From: Eledone cirrhosa
Taxonomy: Eukaryota
Length of the DNA stretch: 64,000 nt
Direction of reading: 5' to 3'
Assembly: GCA_964016885.1 (NCBI GenBank)
Contig: OZ024755.1
Location: 42,284,001-42,348,000, forward strand
Shown here: piece by piece, positions 17,529 through 30,594 of the stretch
Position numbering within the stretch: the stretch's first letter is position 1
Layout of the letters: each line of letters starts with the position of its first letter
Translations under genes and position numbers: made by a program
Notes under the pieces: generated by a model
What the model was told of the DNA's origin: nothing
What the model saw: the letters and a program-made list of their open reading frames with translations, nothing else
The model's database searches: none

Positions 17529-17860
17529 TATAATATAAAACGAAAAATCAGTGATGCATCTGAACTCAATTTATTGTGTGTTACAATTGTTTCACCGGTG
17601 GATAGCTCGAGACAGGATCATTGTGTGGACCTGCACGCTCGCCGGACACGTCTAATGATTTCGGAGCCAATTCTTTGCTCTGAAATCATTAGACGTGTCC
17701 GACGAGCCTGCAGATCCAGAATCAGACAGATCCACACAATGATCGTTCAGATGCATTACTGATTTTTCGTTTTATATTATATCATACTATGCTCTGTAAG
17801 AGCATAGAGTGCTCAACTGGCATACCGCCTATGGAAGCATCTTAGCTACCGTCAGACACA
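17529..17860. mobile_element. Palindromic Penelope-like terminal remnant (inverted repeat + long internal hairpin + tail)
   Basis: Arms ~17529-17565 and ~17745-17781; internal hairpin ~17617-17744; minus-strand hammerhead half GAAA-CAATTG-TA near 17582-17593. Confidence 0.6.
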
Positions 17861-18465
17861 CATATATATATATACAAATATATATATATACAAATATATA
17901 TATATTTATTTATTTATTTATTTATTTATTTATTAAAATAACAGATTAAAGTTTAAGCAAAGAATCGCTGCTTTCACCCTTAATGTGTTCTTCTGAATAT
18001 ATATATATATATATACTGCATCATTAGGTTATGACAGCATATTATTTAGAATAATTGTTTCTACTGGTGGCACAAGGCCAGGAATTATTCCAGTGCATTA
18101 CTGGTACTTTGTTTTATTAGAATAATGTTATGTAAATACAGCAGATTGTAAGATTTTGTGATAGCAAGACAATGACTTATGATGAAGTGATGTTGCTTCA
18201 TCTTAGTATTATACATGTTGTTCTATATAGATGGGGTATGATTACTGGCACCATATTACTATATTTAGAATGTGAAGGAGATACTGCAGGATTGTAACTG
18301 CTGAAAGAGGTCATCATCCCAGAACATAGAGTGCTGCTGTATAATGTCTGACCTAAATATCTTCCTAACTGGAACACTAAAAACTGTATATATTGAGTAA
18401 AAATAAGAAATAGAGACATACATATATATAAAAACTGTCTGTGGTAAAATTATAACATGGCACTA

Positions 18466-19601
18466 AAACAACACTATAACAACACTATAACAACACTTTA
18501 ACAACACTATAACACTATAACAACACTATAACACTGTAACACCACTATAATAACACTATAACACTACATTATAACACTATAATAACACTATAACAATACT
18601 ATAACAACACGATAACAACCCTATAACAACACTACAACACTATAATAACACTTTAACAACATTATAACAACACTATAATAACACTATAACAACTCTATAA
18701 CAGCACTATAACGCTATAACACTACAACAACACTATAACAACACTATAACACTATAACAAAACTATAACAACACTACCACACTATAACAACACTATAAAA
18801 CACTATAACAACACTTCCACACTATAACAACACTATAAAACACTATAACAACACTATAACACTATATCAACACTATAACACTATAACAACACTATAACAA
18901 CACTATAACACTATAACAACACTATAACAACACTACCACACTATAACAACACTACAACACTATAACACTATAACACTATAACAACACTATAACACTATAA
19001 CAACACTATAACACTATAACACTGTAACAACACTATAACACTGTAACAACACAACACTATAACACTATAACAACACTACAACACTATAACACTATAACAC
19101 TACAACACTAGAACACTGTAACAACACTACAACACTATAACACTATAACAACACTATAACATTATAACAACACTATAACAACACTATAACACTATAACAA
19201 CACTAACAAAACTATAACAACACTACAACACTATAACAAAACTATAATAACACTATAACACTACAACAACACTACAAAACTATAACAACACTACAACATT
19301 ATAACAACACTATAACACTACAGCACTACAACACTATAACAACACTACAACACAATAACACCACTACAACAACACTATAACAACACTATAACATTATAAC
19401 AAAACTATAACACTACAACACTACAACATTATAACAACACTATAACAACACTACAGCACTACAACACTATAACAACACTACAACACAATAACACCACTAC
19501 AACAACACTATAACAACACTATAACACCACTACAACAACAACACTATAACAACACTATAACACTACAACACTATTACAACACTACAACACTATAACAACA
19601 C
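18466..19601. repeat. AACACTAT / AACAACACTAT (8/11-mer) minisatellite
   Basis: Directly visible; the same repeat resumes at 24557-24753. Confidence 0.95.
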
Positions 19602-22600
19602 TCCTCCTGGTTGTCCATCGTAAACGATGGTGACATCTTCTTCATTGTTGTTCCCATTTGCCGTGGGTGTGAAGGTGGCTGTGGAGGCTGATTCTTGACT
19701 TACAGGTCCAAGGACAGTGGGGGCAGGGGAAGAGACCGGAGTCGCTTGGGGCAGCTGTTGATGCCTTTCTCCTCCTTTCACGGGCCTCAGTGACCTCTGC
19801 CCGTCTCTTATCTTCAAAAGAGCCTTTGGCACGTCTGGTAAGGGCTCCCCACTCAGTCCTGTCCTGAGCATGGGACTCGAGTTGTTTAGGGGCGATTCCA
19901 GTGTTGTTGATACTGGACTTTACGCAGTCTTTGAACCTCTTGAGAGGCCTGCCCCACTTTCATTTCCCGAACAGAGTCCCCCATACATCAGTTGCTTCGG
20001 AAGCCTGTGATCGTCTATCCGGATGACATGTCCCACCCATTGGAGTCGGCTCTTCAGTATCATAGCTTTGACACTGGTTGTCTCAGCCATGTCAAGAACT
20101 TCGAGGTTGGAGACCTTGTCCTGCCATTTGATGTTGATGATTGACCGCAGGCTGCACATGTGGAACCGTTCCAGCTGCTTCAGGTGCTTTCTCTACCGGG
20201 TCCATGTCTCACATCCGTAGAGGAGGTTGGTGAGAACAACAGCCCTGTACACCTTGAGCTTGGTGGACTGCCTGATGTTGTGCTGGTTCAGGACGCGTGT
20301 CCTCAGGCGGTTGAGGGCTTGACTGGCCTTGCAGATTCTGTCATTTATCTTCTTGTCGAGGCTTCCATCGCTGCTGATGACACTGCCGAGGTACTTGGAG
20401 TCATCCACCGTCTTTAGCTGGGTGCCTGAGATGGAAGGAGGGTGGGCGACGGAGGCAGGTGCAGGCTGGAACAGGACCTCAGTCTTGCTAAGGCTAATTG
20501 TGAGACTGAAGAGGCAGGAGGCCTCCGCGAACTTGTTGGCGATGACTTGGAGGTCAGACTCCCTGTGGGTCATGAGGGCACAGTCATCAGCAAAAAGTGC
20601 CTCCAGGACGATCCTCTGCACGGTCCTTGTCTTGGCCGTCAGGCGCCGCAGGTCAAACAGGGAGCCGTCCAGTCTGTATTGCAGATACACTCCGTGTTTG
20701 AGGTCCTTGACGGCATGATTGAACACACAGGTGAAGAACAGGTTTAAGAGAATGAGAGCCAGCACGCATCCTTGCTTGACGCCGTTGGTGATTCCGAACA
20801 GCTCCGATGCTTCTCCACCCGAGCGTACCTGCTTGATCATGTCGTCATGGAATTGCCGTATCAGGTTCACAAACTTGGTTGGGTATCCAAACTTCGACAG
20901 GATCGACCAGAGGGCCTCCCTGTTGACAGTGTCGAAGGCCTTCGTCAAGTCTATGAAGACGGCAAAGAGGTCCATGTTCTACTCGACACACTTCTCCTGC
21001 ACCTGGCGTACAGAGAAGATCATGTCGATCGTGCTGCGGTTTGGGTGGAACCCGCACTGGGCCTCAGGCAGGTTGTCCTCCGAGATGTTGGCGATGAGGC
21101 GGTTGAGCATGACCCGAGCCAGAACCTTCCCAGCGATGGACAGAGAGAGATGCCCCAATAGTTGCCACAGTCAGATTTGCTGCCTTTGTCCTTAAAAAGC
21201 GAGACAACTGTGGCATCCCTGAAGTCTTTGGGCACCTCTTCTTCCTCCCATATGCTGGCGAGGAGGGTGTGGAAGGCCCCCAGGGCAGCTGGATGGGCCA
21301 ACTTGAAGACCTCAGCAGGAATCCCATCCTTCCCAGGGGCCTTTCCTGAGCTGGTCTGGTTGATTGCCTTCGTGACTTCATACACCGTGGAGGGGGGGGG
21401 GGGGGGGGGTTGAGGCTACCAACTGCGGGTTTCTGTGGAACCTGGTCGAGGGCGGCAGGGTCGACAGTGGAAGGCCTGTTGAGCAGGTTGCTGAAGTGCT
21501 CTCTCCACTTCGAGTTGATGCTGCTCTTCTCCTTCAGCAGGGTCGAACCGTCAGCAGACAGCAGCGGTGTGGTGACAGGCTTGGGAGGTCCGTAGACATT
21601 GAAGAACATGAGAGCTTTGTGTCAGCATATCTCTCGACTTCTTCGGCCTTCTTCTCCCACCACTCATCCTGCATTCTGCGTAGAGCTGCTTGGGTCTGCC
21701 TCTAGAGGTGCTTGAAGCAGTCGCGCTTCGAGGGGGAGGAGCTGTCATTCTGCCACTCAATGAAAACTCTCCTCTTCTCGTCCAGGAGTTGTCTGATGCG
21801 CTCATCGTTTTCATCAAACCAGCCCTGCTGGACTCTCTTCCTCGGCCCAATGGTTGCCTTGCCTGACTCTGTCACCAGCGACCTGAACTGGTCCCACTGT
21901 TGAGTTAGGGGTCCGGTCAGTGGTCCATGGGCAGTCAGCTGGCCATCCAGGTCCTCCGTGAATGCATCACGATGCTCTGGCTGCTTGAGTCGTGCAACGT
22001 GGAAAGCTGGCCTACAGACTTTCGGAGTCTTGTGATGCGTCGGGGTGATGTGCAGTGACAGAATGGTCCTGACAAGGCAATGGTCGGTCCAACACTCTGC
22101 ACTACGCATGGCCCTGGTATTCTGACGTCACGGATGTCCCTCCTGCGGCATATGGCAAAGTCAATCAGATGCCACTGTTTGGATCTGGGGTGATCCATGT
22201 CGTCTTGAACTTGTCTGCCTGGCGGAACAGTGTGCTGGTGATGGTGAGGTCATTCTCGGTGCAGAAACTCAACAGTATGAGGCCAGAGTTAGAGTTCAGC
22301 TTCCCTGTGCCGTGAGGTCCTAGCATGCTTCTCCAGTTGCTGCTGTCAGACCCGACTCTTGCGTTGAAGTCCCCCAGTAGGATGAGTTTGTTGCTTGGGG
22401 GGGGGGGGACGCCCTTCACGAGTGCATTGAGTTCCTCGTAGAAAGCATCCTTTGCTTCATCGCTGCTGATGACTGTGACAAGCCGAAATGAGTCGAGGGG
22501 GAAGTGGAGTTTCATTAGCCGCTCACTCACAGGTGTTGGGAGGTCTGGTAACTGCTTGCAGAGTGAAGTCCTGATGCCCAGGCCTACCCCGTGGATTCTG

Positions 22601-23645
22601 TCCTCGTCCTTTGCATTGCCCTTCTAGAAGAAGGTGTAGCCTCCTTTCGGTTCTGCTACTGATCCTTCTTCGGCAAGTCTGGTCTCGCTGAGAGCGGCTA
22701 TGTCGATCCGGTAGCGAGCTAATTCCCTCACTATGAGGGCAGTTCTTCTCTCTGGCCTCAAGGAGGTTTCCCTATCCATGAGGGTGCACACATTCCATGC
22801 GCCAAGAATCAAGTTCATCTTTCTATTATGTTGGTTTCTACCACTTGGAAGGGTAAAACCGCCAGCCGCGGTAGACTGGCTAGCTTTGTGTGGGACGAGC
22901 ATTTGGTGGGGGCTCCTTTTATCGCCCCTCCCCTCATGTGAGGGTGAGCAGTGCTCCCCTGAAAAGGGCTGCTTAGTTGCCCGGTGGAACACCTGATCTC
23001 CTCTGTCATCCCAGGGTCAGAAGGAGAACGATTTGCGCATCCAGGCCGCCCACATGTGGGTTTGAGACTGGCAACTCCCAGAGGTTACCGCCACCTGTTT
23101 CCGCCGCCTCTTGCCCATCACCGCAGGGCTTTGGGAGTGCACACTAAAGAAGAAACCTGTGCGGGGAAGGTTTATAGTGGGAGGGCCAGTGCACAGCAAT
23201 GGTCCCACTCACTCGGCCGCAGAAGCCAGAATCTGGTGGTACGGAGGACCGTCACGACCAGGGACTTCCTTGGCTGCAGTGGATGGCCACAACGTCTGTA
23301 GTGCCTTGCCGTGCCCTAGCGCTCCACACCGCTTGATGTCGCCGCTTTCTTGACCGTTGTGACGATGTTGTCCTCCTCCACTCACTCTGCCGGGTCCAGT
23401 CTTCGCATGCAGGGGTAGGCATCCCCTATCTAACTTGCTGGGGGGTTGCAGACCCATCCGGCTACCCTCAATCTGGTTCAGCCCGCCAAGGAAGGCGGTT
23501 TATTGGGGTGTGGCCAGTGTTGCATGTTACAGCTTCTTGGGGCCACAGGTGAGAGCTGAGTGTCAGGTAGGACCCAATGCAGAACGAGCTGTCCTGAAAA
23601 GGGCATGGCTAGCCCCCCCCCCCTACACAGGTACATGCCCCTCTC
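19602..23645 (-). mobile_element. Near full-length, disabled RTE-BovB-like LINE
   Basis: APE motifs (GAWNVCTL, IAALSETRL, LGDFNARVG, WHLIDF); RT motifs (FIDLTKAFDTV, GVKQGCVL, LFADD, KYLGS); BovB-like 5'UTR ~23000-23640; 3' hairpin CCATCGTTTACGATGG. Many frameshifts. Confidence 0.9.
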
Positions 23646-23699
23646 TGATACACATTTATACATACACATACATATGTACATGTGTATATACATACACAT

Positions 23700-23900
23700 T
23701 TTTTGGATGGCCGTTGACTCTTATGAGTTCTTCCGCCCTTTGTCAGGTTTTGTTTTTGTCCTGCAGGGTGTCCAAAACCACCCTCCTCACCAAGTTAACT
23801 TGGTGGGGTTGCCAGTTTAGTCACTGATGACCCGACCATGTGACAGGTTGTACTGGGTTACATGTTATCAGTAGCACTCAAGAGTGACCTGACATAAAAA
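23700..23900 (-). mobile_element. RTE-5'UTR-derived (Ceph-domain-like) SINE fragment
   Basis: The reverse complement of 23703-23790 aligns by eye with 54875-54965. Confidence 0.6.
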
Positions 23901-23906
23901 CACTAC

Positions 23907-24556
23907 CATCATCATCATCATCATCATCGTTTAACGTCCATCTTCCATGCTTGCATGGGTTTGGACAGGAATTTTCCCACTTGAGGCAATATTGGTTGTC
24001 TTGCTCGCATAGGACTGTCTGGCGGGTTTTCTACGGCTGGATGCCCTTCCTAACACCAACCACGTTTACAGTGTGGACTGGGAGGTTTTTACCGTGTTAC
24101 CTACACGGCCACATTACAGCGTGGACTGTGTGTTTTTTTTGTAGTGACACCTATACGACCTCATTTGTTTTGGACTGGATGTTGTGGTACCAACATAACT
24201 TTACATTAAAAGGGGTGGTGTGGATGGGGTGGGGGTAGTGGGACGGGGGTGTATTTTTGTTAGAGGTGCCTACTGACTGTAGGTTTCACTTTGTACTTAG
24301 GCAAGGCGGGTCTTCTGTATTACTGTGTATCGCCAAAGATCTCGGTCCAGTGTCATTGTCTTGGAGAGGTGTAAGTGTGTGAGTTCGAAATTTATCAAGT
24401 CGTCCCAGGTTTTTCTGGGTCTGCCTACTCCGTGGCTACCGTCTATTTTTATCGCCCTGCACTTTTTTTATACAGCTGTCGTCTTTCATGCGCATCACGT
24501 GACCGTACCAACGTAGTCTTCTCTCGAGTAAACAACATCTGGTCCTTCTTATTCCT
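23907..24556 (-). mobile_element. RTE LINE 3' fragment
   Basis: Near-identical reverse complement of ~15355-16006; (CAT)n tail. Confidence 0.9.
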
Positions 24557-24753
24557 AACAACACTATAACACTATAACAACACTATAACACTATAACAAC
24601 ACTACAACACTATAACAACACTACAACACTATAACAACACTACAACAACACTACAACACTATAACACTATAAAAGAACTACAACACTATAAAAACACTAT
24701 AACAACACTATAACACTATAAAAACACTATAACACTACAACACTATAACACTA
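24557..24753. repeat. AACACTAT-type minisatellite (continuation)
   Basis: Same unit as 18466-19601. Confidence 0.9.
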
Positions 24754-24759
24754 CATACA

Positions 24760-26478
24760 GAAGGAAAGCCCTCTCTCTTCCCTTCTGTACGTATTGTATC
24801 TCAAGCTTTTACTGCGGAAGCTGGAGCTGTTGCAGGGCATTCTGCTTGAACCGGGACGCGGAAAGACTGCGTCAGCTTATGCGGACGACATCACTGTAAT
24901 GGTGTCAGACACCTTGGAAATCGAGGTGGTTGGCAACTTATTGGAGGAATATGAAAGCAAAACTAAACCCAGAAAAGTTGGTGGGCCTGCAGCTCGGCAC
25001 CTGGAGAGGCAAATACATGTCTTCAACAACGTCGTTGGGCGCTGGATGGACGGACTGGTAAAGTTGCTCGGGGTTTGGTTCGAGCCATACCTCCAGGTGG
25101 ATAAGAATTGGGACAAGGTGATGAGCAGGGTAGCCAGTCTCACCCAGAAATGGGCTGCGAGGAAGCTATCACTGAAAGGTGAGGCGGAGTTGGCGAACGC
25201 ATACATCGCATCCGTCATCTACTACCGCCTTGTTCCCGTCCACACCCCACCAAGTTGGAATGGCTTCTCTTCAAATTCTTGTGGAGGGGACAAGGTCCCG
25301 TTGGTGAGGTGGTACATCTGCTGTCAGCACCCTCTATGCGGAAGGCTGGGCATGCCGTGGCTAATGATGCACAGGCATGCGCTGAGGCTGCGACATCTCC
25401 AGATATTCTACCTAAACGGTGAACAGGTGTGGTCGCCGTTTGTCAGACGGGCTTTTCCGCAGCTCGTCTCTTTGACTGAGCTGCAGTCCTAGGTCAAGAA
25501 GAGTCGGAGACTAGATGACTGGCATCTGGAATGTTGCCAGATGCTCATTTCCCTCTACCAGGAGGGTAATGTGGTCAGTGGAACTTCAATTCTCGAGTTT
25601 TATAGAGGATTAGTGGTGGCCAAATGCAATGATGCACTCAGAGAGGCTCTGGGTATCGATGAAGTTGAACTGACCAGTCTGTTCCGGAAGACTTTCAAGC
25701 CGGGGATGATGGATAACTTCCAGAAATCCCTCACTTGGTAGTGCTTCTGGCAGGCACTGCTAGTTTGAGATAAACTCTACAGGCACGGATGTGCTGTCAG
25801 ACGGGCCTGCCCGAGATGCATGCAGAGCAACAAAACCATTCTGCATGCATTTGTCTAGTGTCCGTGCATTACTGACTTGTGTCAAACAGCTGTTGTCATG
25901 TGTTGAAGGGAACCAGCTATCAGCCGAGTCCATAGTAAAGATCAACCCGCCGCCTTCTTTTGGCCAGGAAGGGCAGGCAATTTTCCTCTGTCTGTGGCAG
26001 TTGCGAAAGAGGTGGCATGGTGGACCAGGTTGAAAGGACTGAAGACAGACACTTTTCTCTTTAGCCAATCTCTCATCAACTTCTTCAAGTTTCACTTGCC
26101 AAGGAAGGTGAGGGTGGAAAGAGAAGGGCTGTCCCAGTGCATTTGCTGAAAGGTGGGTGAATGTAGCGAGAATGGCCCGTAAGTGGGCCTACTCTGACTA
26201 TGTGCCTATAGGCTGGCTAATGAGGAAGAGAGGGTGCCCTCTCTGAGTGCCCTAGAAGTGTCAGGTGGTTCAGGATTGGTGGCATACCAGAGTCACCCCT
26301 GGGTCGTCCACCCACCTATTGGGTAATTTATTTTGTTATATTTATGCATAGTTAAATTTCATTGTAAATTAATCTTGCCATTGTGCACTTTTACTTGACC
26401 TTATTGTAAACCGCCACTGCCCGTGTCTTTGTATTGTCCCCTACATATCGGCCCTTGTGGCCAATAAATGAAATCATT
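24760..26478 (+). mobile_element. L1/Tx1-clade LINE 3' portion, disabled
   Basis: SAYADDITV, KLLGVWF and WAARKLSLKG...NAYIASVIYY match L1/Tx1 RT and post-RT motifs; AATAAA near 26463. Confidence 0.8.
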
Positions 26479-26480
26479 AG

Positions 26481-26662
26481 TGGATTGGCAGTATCGGTAG
26501 AGGGTCGGACGCCATGCTTTGACGCATAGAGTTACGGCCCTTGCCATTCTGAGTTCAAATCCCGCCGAGGTTAACTTTGCCTTTCATCCTTATGGGGTCG
26601 ATAAAATAAAGTACCAGTAATACACTGGGTAATTGCTGGCCTTGTGCCAAAAGTAGAAACAA
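26481..26662 (+). mobile_element. tRNA-derived SINE (Nin-domain type)
   Basis: A-box-like TGGCAGTATCGG, B-box GAGTTCAAATCC, core GCCTTTCATCCTTATGGGGTCGATAAAATAAAGTACCAG, (ATT)n tail. Confidence 0.88.
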
Positions 26663-26677
26663 TTATTATTATTATTA

Positions 26678-28440
26678 CTTTTATATCTCAGTCATTGTTA
26701 TTTAACTGGAAAGTTTGTTCAAAGGAACATCAAGCCAGAACCTGCAGTTCAGGACATATCAGAGGGTTCTTGCTGTTCCCAACAAGCATGCCTTTTGAAG
26801 TGTTCCAAAAAAAGGGGGCTGGATTAATGTTCTTTAACCATCCTTGGAATCTCTTCAAGATAGTACCTAGTGCACCTATGACAATCGGGACGACCTTGAT
26901 CTCATGACAGTCCCAAATCCTTTTTAACTCCCACTTTAAATCCTGGCATCGGTTAATTTTCTCTTTCTCCTTTTCTTGCACTCTTGCGTCAAAGGGACAG
27001 GCTACATCTACAATCAGGCACAACCTTTTTTCCTTGTCAAAAACCATAGGTCAGGCCTATTGTGTTCTAATTTCTTGTCCGGCTGTATCCTGAAATCCCA
27101 CAGCACCTTCACTTGATCGTCTTCTATCACCGACTCTGGCTTATGCTCATACCACTTCTCAGAATGTGGTAAATTATTTAGGTTGCATAAATGCCAGTGA
27201 ATCACCTTTCCTATCATAATATGTCTCCAGCCTTTATAGTGAGTCTGGGCTAGGGTTTTACACTCGGATACAATGTGAGCCACAGTCTCCTCTCTCTCTC
27301 CACAGATCCTACAGAGTGGGCTAGCCTCCTCCTTGTCAATATGGTGTTTCATCCACTTTGTTCTGAGGGCTTGCTCCTGTGCAACCAGTAACATTCCTTC
27401 AGTAGCTTTTTAAAGGTCTCTCTTCTTTAACCAGTTCCATGTCTGTGGATCTCTGAATTCTGTTTTCTTTAAAATGATGCTATGAAGGGCCTTTTCATTC
27501 AGCTTGTTCTTCCTTTTTGTTGTTACTTCTTTCTTGGACATTCCCTGGTCTATTGTCTCATCCTTCAATACAGCCTTAAGTATTCACTTGTTACTCTCAG
27601 ACACACATTTATGTAGACAGCTTTTCTCCATCTGAACACAATTCTCCACGCTACCTTCAGATCTCTTTAAGTAGTGTCTATCAACATCACTCCTTATGAA
27701 ACACACTGTAGATAGTCATTCATTTCCTTGTCTTTCTATCCAGTACTTTTTACTCATTTACATTCAATTTAAGAATTCCTGCACTGTACCTAATAATAGA
27801 CACAGTTCGGGAATTTACTTCACTTATGGCATTCCTACTATTTAGATGTCATTTTAGTATGTTCTTTACTCTCCTTATGTATTCAGATCTTATCAATTCC
27901 TTCATTTTTGGTTCTTGATGTCATCTGCCTCCAGAACACCCAAGTACCTATATCCCTTTTCTGTGTCGATTTCCTTTATCATCTCACTCGTTGGTACCTG
28001 GATTCTGTTGCTTCTGCTCAATTTACTCCTCTTCATCACTAGGACTCCACACTTATTAACACCAAATTCCATTGCTGACAATACGGACAGTGTCAACAAG
28101 TACATCCAACTCCTTCTCGCTTTTCCCAAAAAGTTGAAGAGGAGGTGGTTGATGGCAAGCTCTCCTCTTCCCAGCTTGTATCCTGGCTTCACTCTTCACA
28201 ATACGAGGAACAAGGGTATGAGGGTAAGGACAAACAACAAAGGGAACAAACTATCTCCTTGGAAGATACCTCTCTTGATCTTCACGCCTCCCAAGGATTC
28301 TCCCCCTGATGTTAATTCTGTCTCCCAGGACTTCATACTTTTACTTAATAGCAGTCTGATGTTGTCTGCCATCTTGAAGGCTTTTGGTTATCTAAGATTG
28401 AGGAACCATGCTGAATGCCTTTTTGCAATCTATCCATCCC
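26678..28440 (-). mobile_element. R4/Dong-clade non-LTR retrotransposon, 5'-truncated and disabled
   Basis: RT fragments (INHLLF, YRYLGV), CCHC knuckle CRICGEREETVAHIVSEC and restriction-like endonuclease (RH...LWD...NRPDL...IVDVACP...K); flanked by (TAA)n on both sides. Confidence 0.88.
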
Positions 28441-28452
28441 ATTATTATTATT

Positions 28453-28645
28453 ATTGCTTTCTGATTTAGATACAAGGCTAACAATTTTTGGAGAGGGGAA
28501 AGCTGATTAAATCGACCGCAGTGCATTACTGATGCTTTATTTTATCAACCCTGTAAGAATGAAAGACAAAGCTAACCTTGTCAGGATTTGAACTCAGAAT
28601 GTAAATGTACACAACTATATGCTGCAAAGCATATTGTCCAACACT
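28453..28645 (-). mobile_element. tRNA-derived SINE (Nin-domain type), diverged
   Basis: Same core and B-box as the other copies. Confidence 0.75.
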
Positions 28646-28649
28646 TTAA

Positions 28650-28869
28650 CCCTTTAGCATTCACATTACTCTATATATACTATTGTATTTTCATGGTAAA
28701 GGCTTTATCTCACATAATTATCTCACATAATATCGAATCTATGAGATTTTGAAAGTATTTATTTTGAGAACAATACCTTAACATCAGTTTGAGCGACCAG
28801 TTACAGCCAGTTTTGACAGAAAAAGGTAGAGAATTCTGGCCGGTTTTGGCCGGTTTGAACATTAAAGGG
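28650..28869. mobile_element. piggyBac-type MITE
   Basis: TTAA|CCCTTTAG ... TTAAAGGG|TTAA; homologous to 31586-31788. Confidence 0.82.
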
Positions 28870-29787
28870 TTAATAGTATATTTTATTTAACAATCAAATT
28901 TCAGTTGAAAACAACTTTCCATGTAAATATTCTTATCTAAATAGGATAAATACATTTCCTTTACACAATTAAACATGGCTTCATTTACAGAGAAGTAGAC
29001 GTGGTGTACAAAGTTTAATCCTGTCATTGCCATATTTCTAATGAAATCACCAATTATTTTCAAAATTATCTGAAAATAATAAAGAATTTGGATGGATTTA
29101 ACTTTCTCATCATTAAGTCGATGTTTGGAACACAACTTAACGAAGGTTCTTACATAAGACTATAATGGAAGGTTTTAAAATAAATATAAACATTTTAATA
29201 CAAAATTTTCTGTTAGAACAAAGTGTGGTTTCAGGTTGTTTGGTAAAGTGCTTCCCTAATGGCACCTAATATAATTGCTGTCATTTTAAGACTGGGCATG
29301 CCTACAATTCTGGTTAATATGGAGATAGAATTATTTGTGTGTTGAGTGATGGAGGAAACAGCTACACAGTGGCATAACCTGCAGAATATGTAGCAGCCAA
29401 ATTTTCTCATGATCACAACACTCTTTTTATAAAGGAAAGCTATAATTGCTTTCCAGCACATCTCCCTTGCCGTCCCCTGAGAGACCCCTTCTCCATTCTG
29501 TCCGCCGGGGCTGTGGGGAGACGAGCCGATTATATTACGAATTCTGTTGAATAGAGTTTTAAAGATAGGAATATGGACAGCTATGTGACACTCTCGTAGT
29601 TAATAACGTGTACTAATTGCTAGTGTAGTTCTGGATATACTCCTTCAAAGGGTTTGGGGTCAAACGGTGGGGTTGTGTGTTGAGTTTCAGTCCCAAAATT
29701 GAGTATGTGTGTGTATTATCATTGTGATACTGATATTAATGGGTTGTGTGTTGAATGTTGGTGGTAGTGGGAAAGCTAATCTTCTCT

Positions 29788-29969
29788 AATAATTGTTTCT
29801 AATTTTGGCACAAGACCAGCAATTACCCAGTACATTACTGGTACCTTATTTTATCGACCCCGTAAGGATGAAAGGCAAAGTTAACCTCGACGGGATTTGA
29901 ACTCAGACCATAAAGGGACATAACTATGCTGGAAAGCATGGCGTCCGACCCTCTACTGCCAATTCACCG
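29788..29969 (-). mobile_element. tRNA-derived SINE with TSD
   Basis: Family match; CTAATCTTCTCTAATAAT duplicated on both sides. Confidence 0.9.
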
Positions 29970-30075
29970 CTAATCTTCTCTAATAATGTTGCTAAGTTGC
30001 AAGTGATAGTAATTGTTGATTTATATTGACAAAGTTTGTGGAAAATAACATTAATAATTCTCCTTTTGTTTACAG

Positions 30076-30095
30076 ATAATGGAGAAGAATCCGAG
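30076..30095 (+). CDS. Candidate 20-nt microexon of the sulfotransferase gene
   Basis: Acceptor TTCTCCTTTTGTTTACAG, donor GAG|GTAAGA; reads xAT-AAT-GGA-GAA-GAA-TCC-GAG, ending in phase 0, compatible with the exon at 32151. Confidence 0.55.
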
Positions 30096-30405
30096 GTAAG
30101 ATATTTTATTGACCTTCTGAATGAATGTATACTTTATTTCACATTTTAAGTGAGATGTAGATCCCCACTCCTGGCCTGTATGGGAAGTTAGTAGACAATC
30201 CTTGCTAGTAAGGAAAGCAGCTATTAAATAACGATGATAATGGTGGTGATGATGATGATGATGATGAGTGAGTGACTGACTAATTTTATCTGACACAATT
30301 TACAAGCCAACTCTTTCATTATCATATTTCTAATGAATGACACTGCCTATGATTTTGAAAATAAATTCTAACACTACAAATGCTCCCACTCACATCTAAT
30401 TTAAA

Positions 30406-30594
30406 TAATTGTTTCTACTTTTGGCACAAGGCCAGCAATTACCCAGTACATTACTGGTACTTTATTTTATCGACCCCATAAGGATGAAAGGCAAAGTTAA
30501 CCTCGGCGGGATTTGAACTCAGAATGCAAAGGGCCGTAACTCTATGCGTCAAAGCATGGCGTCCAACCCTCTACCGATACTGCCAATTCACCAC
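30406..30594 (-). mobile_element. tRNA-derived SINE with TSD
   Basis: Family match; CATCTAATTTAAATAAT duplicated on both sides. Confidence 0.9.

Noticed and set aside
18466-19601. Telomere-like or CRISPR-like array
   Set aside because: Not TTAGGG and no unique spacers; it is a degenerate 8/11-mer minisatellite.
26481-26570. tRNA gene
   Set aside because: The A/B boxes belong to a multi-copy SINE head; no full cloverleaf.
29367-29593. Possible hAT-like MITE (CAGTGGCATAAC...)
   Set aside because: The right TIR is too degenerate and there is no TSD.
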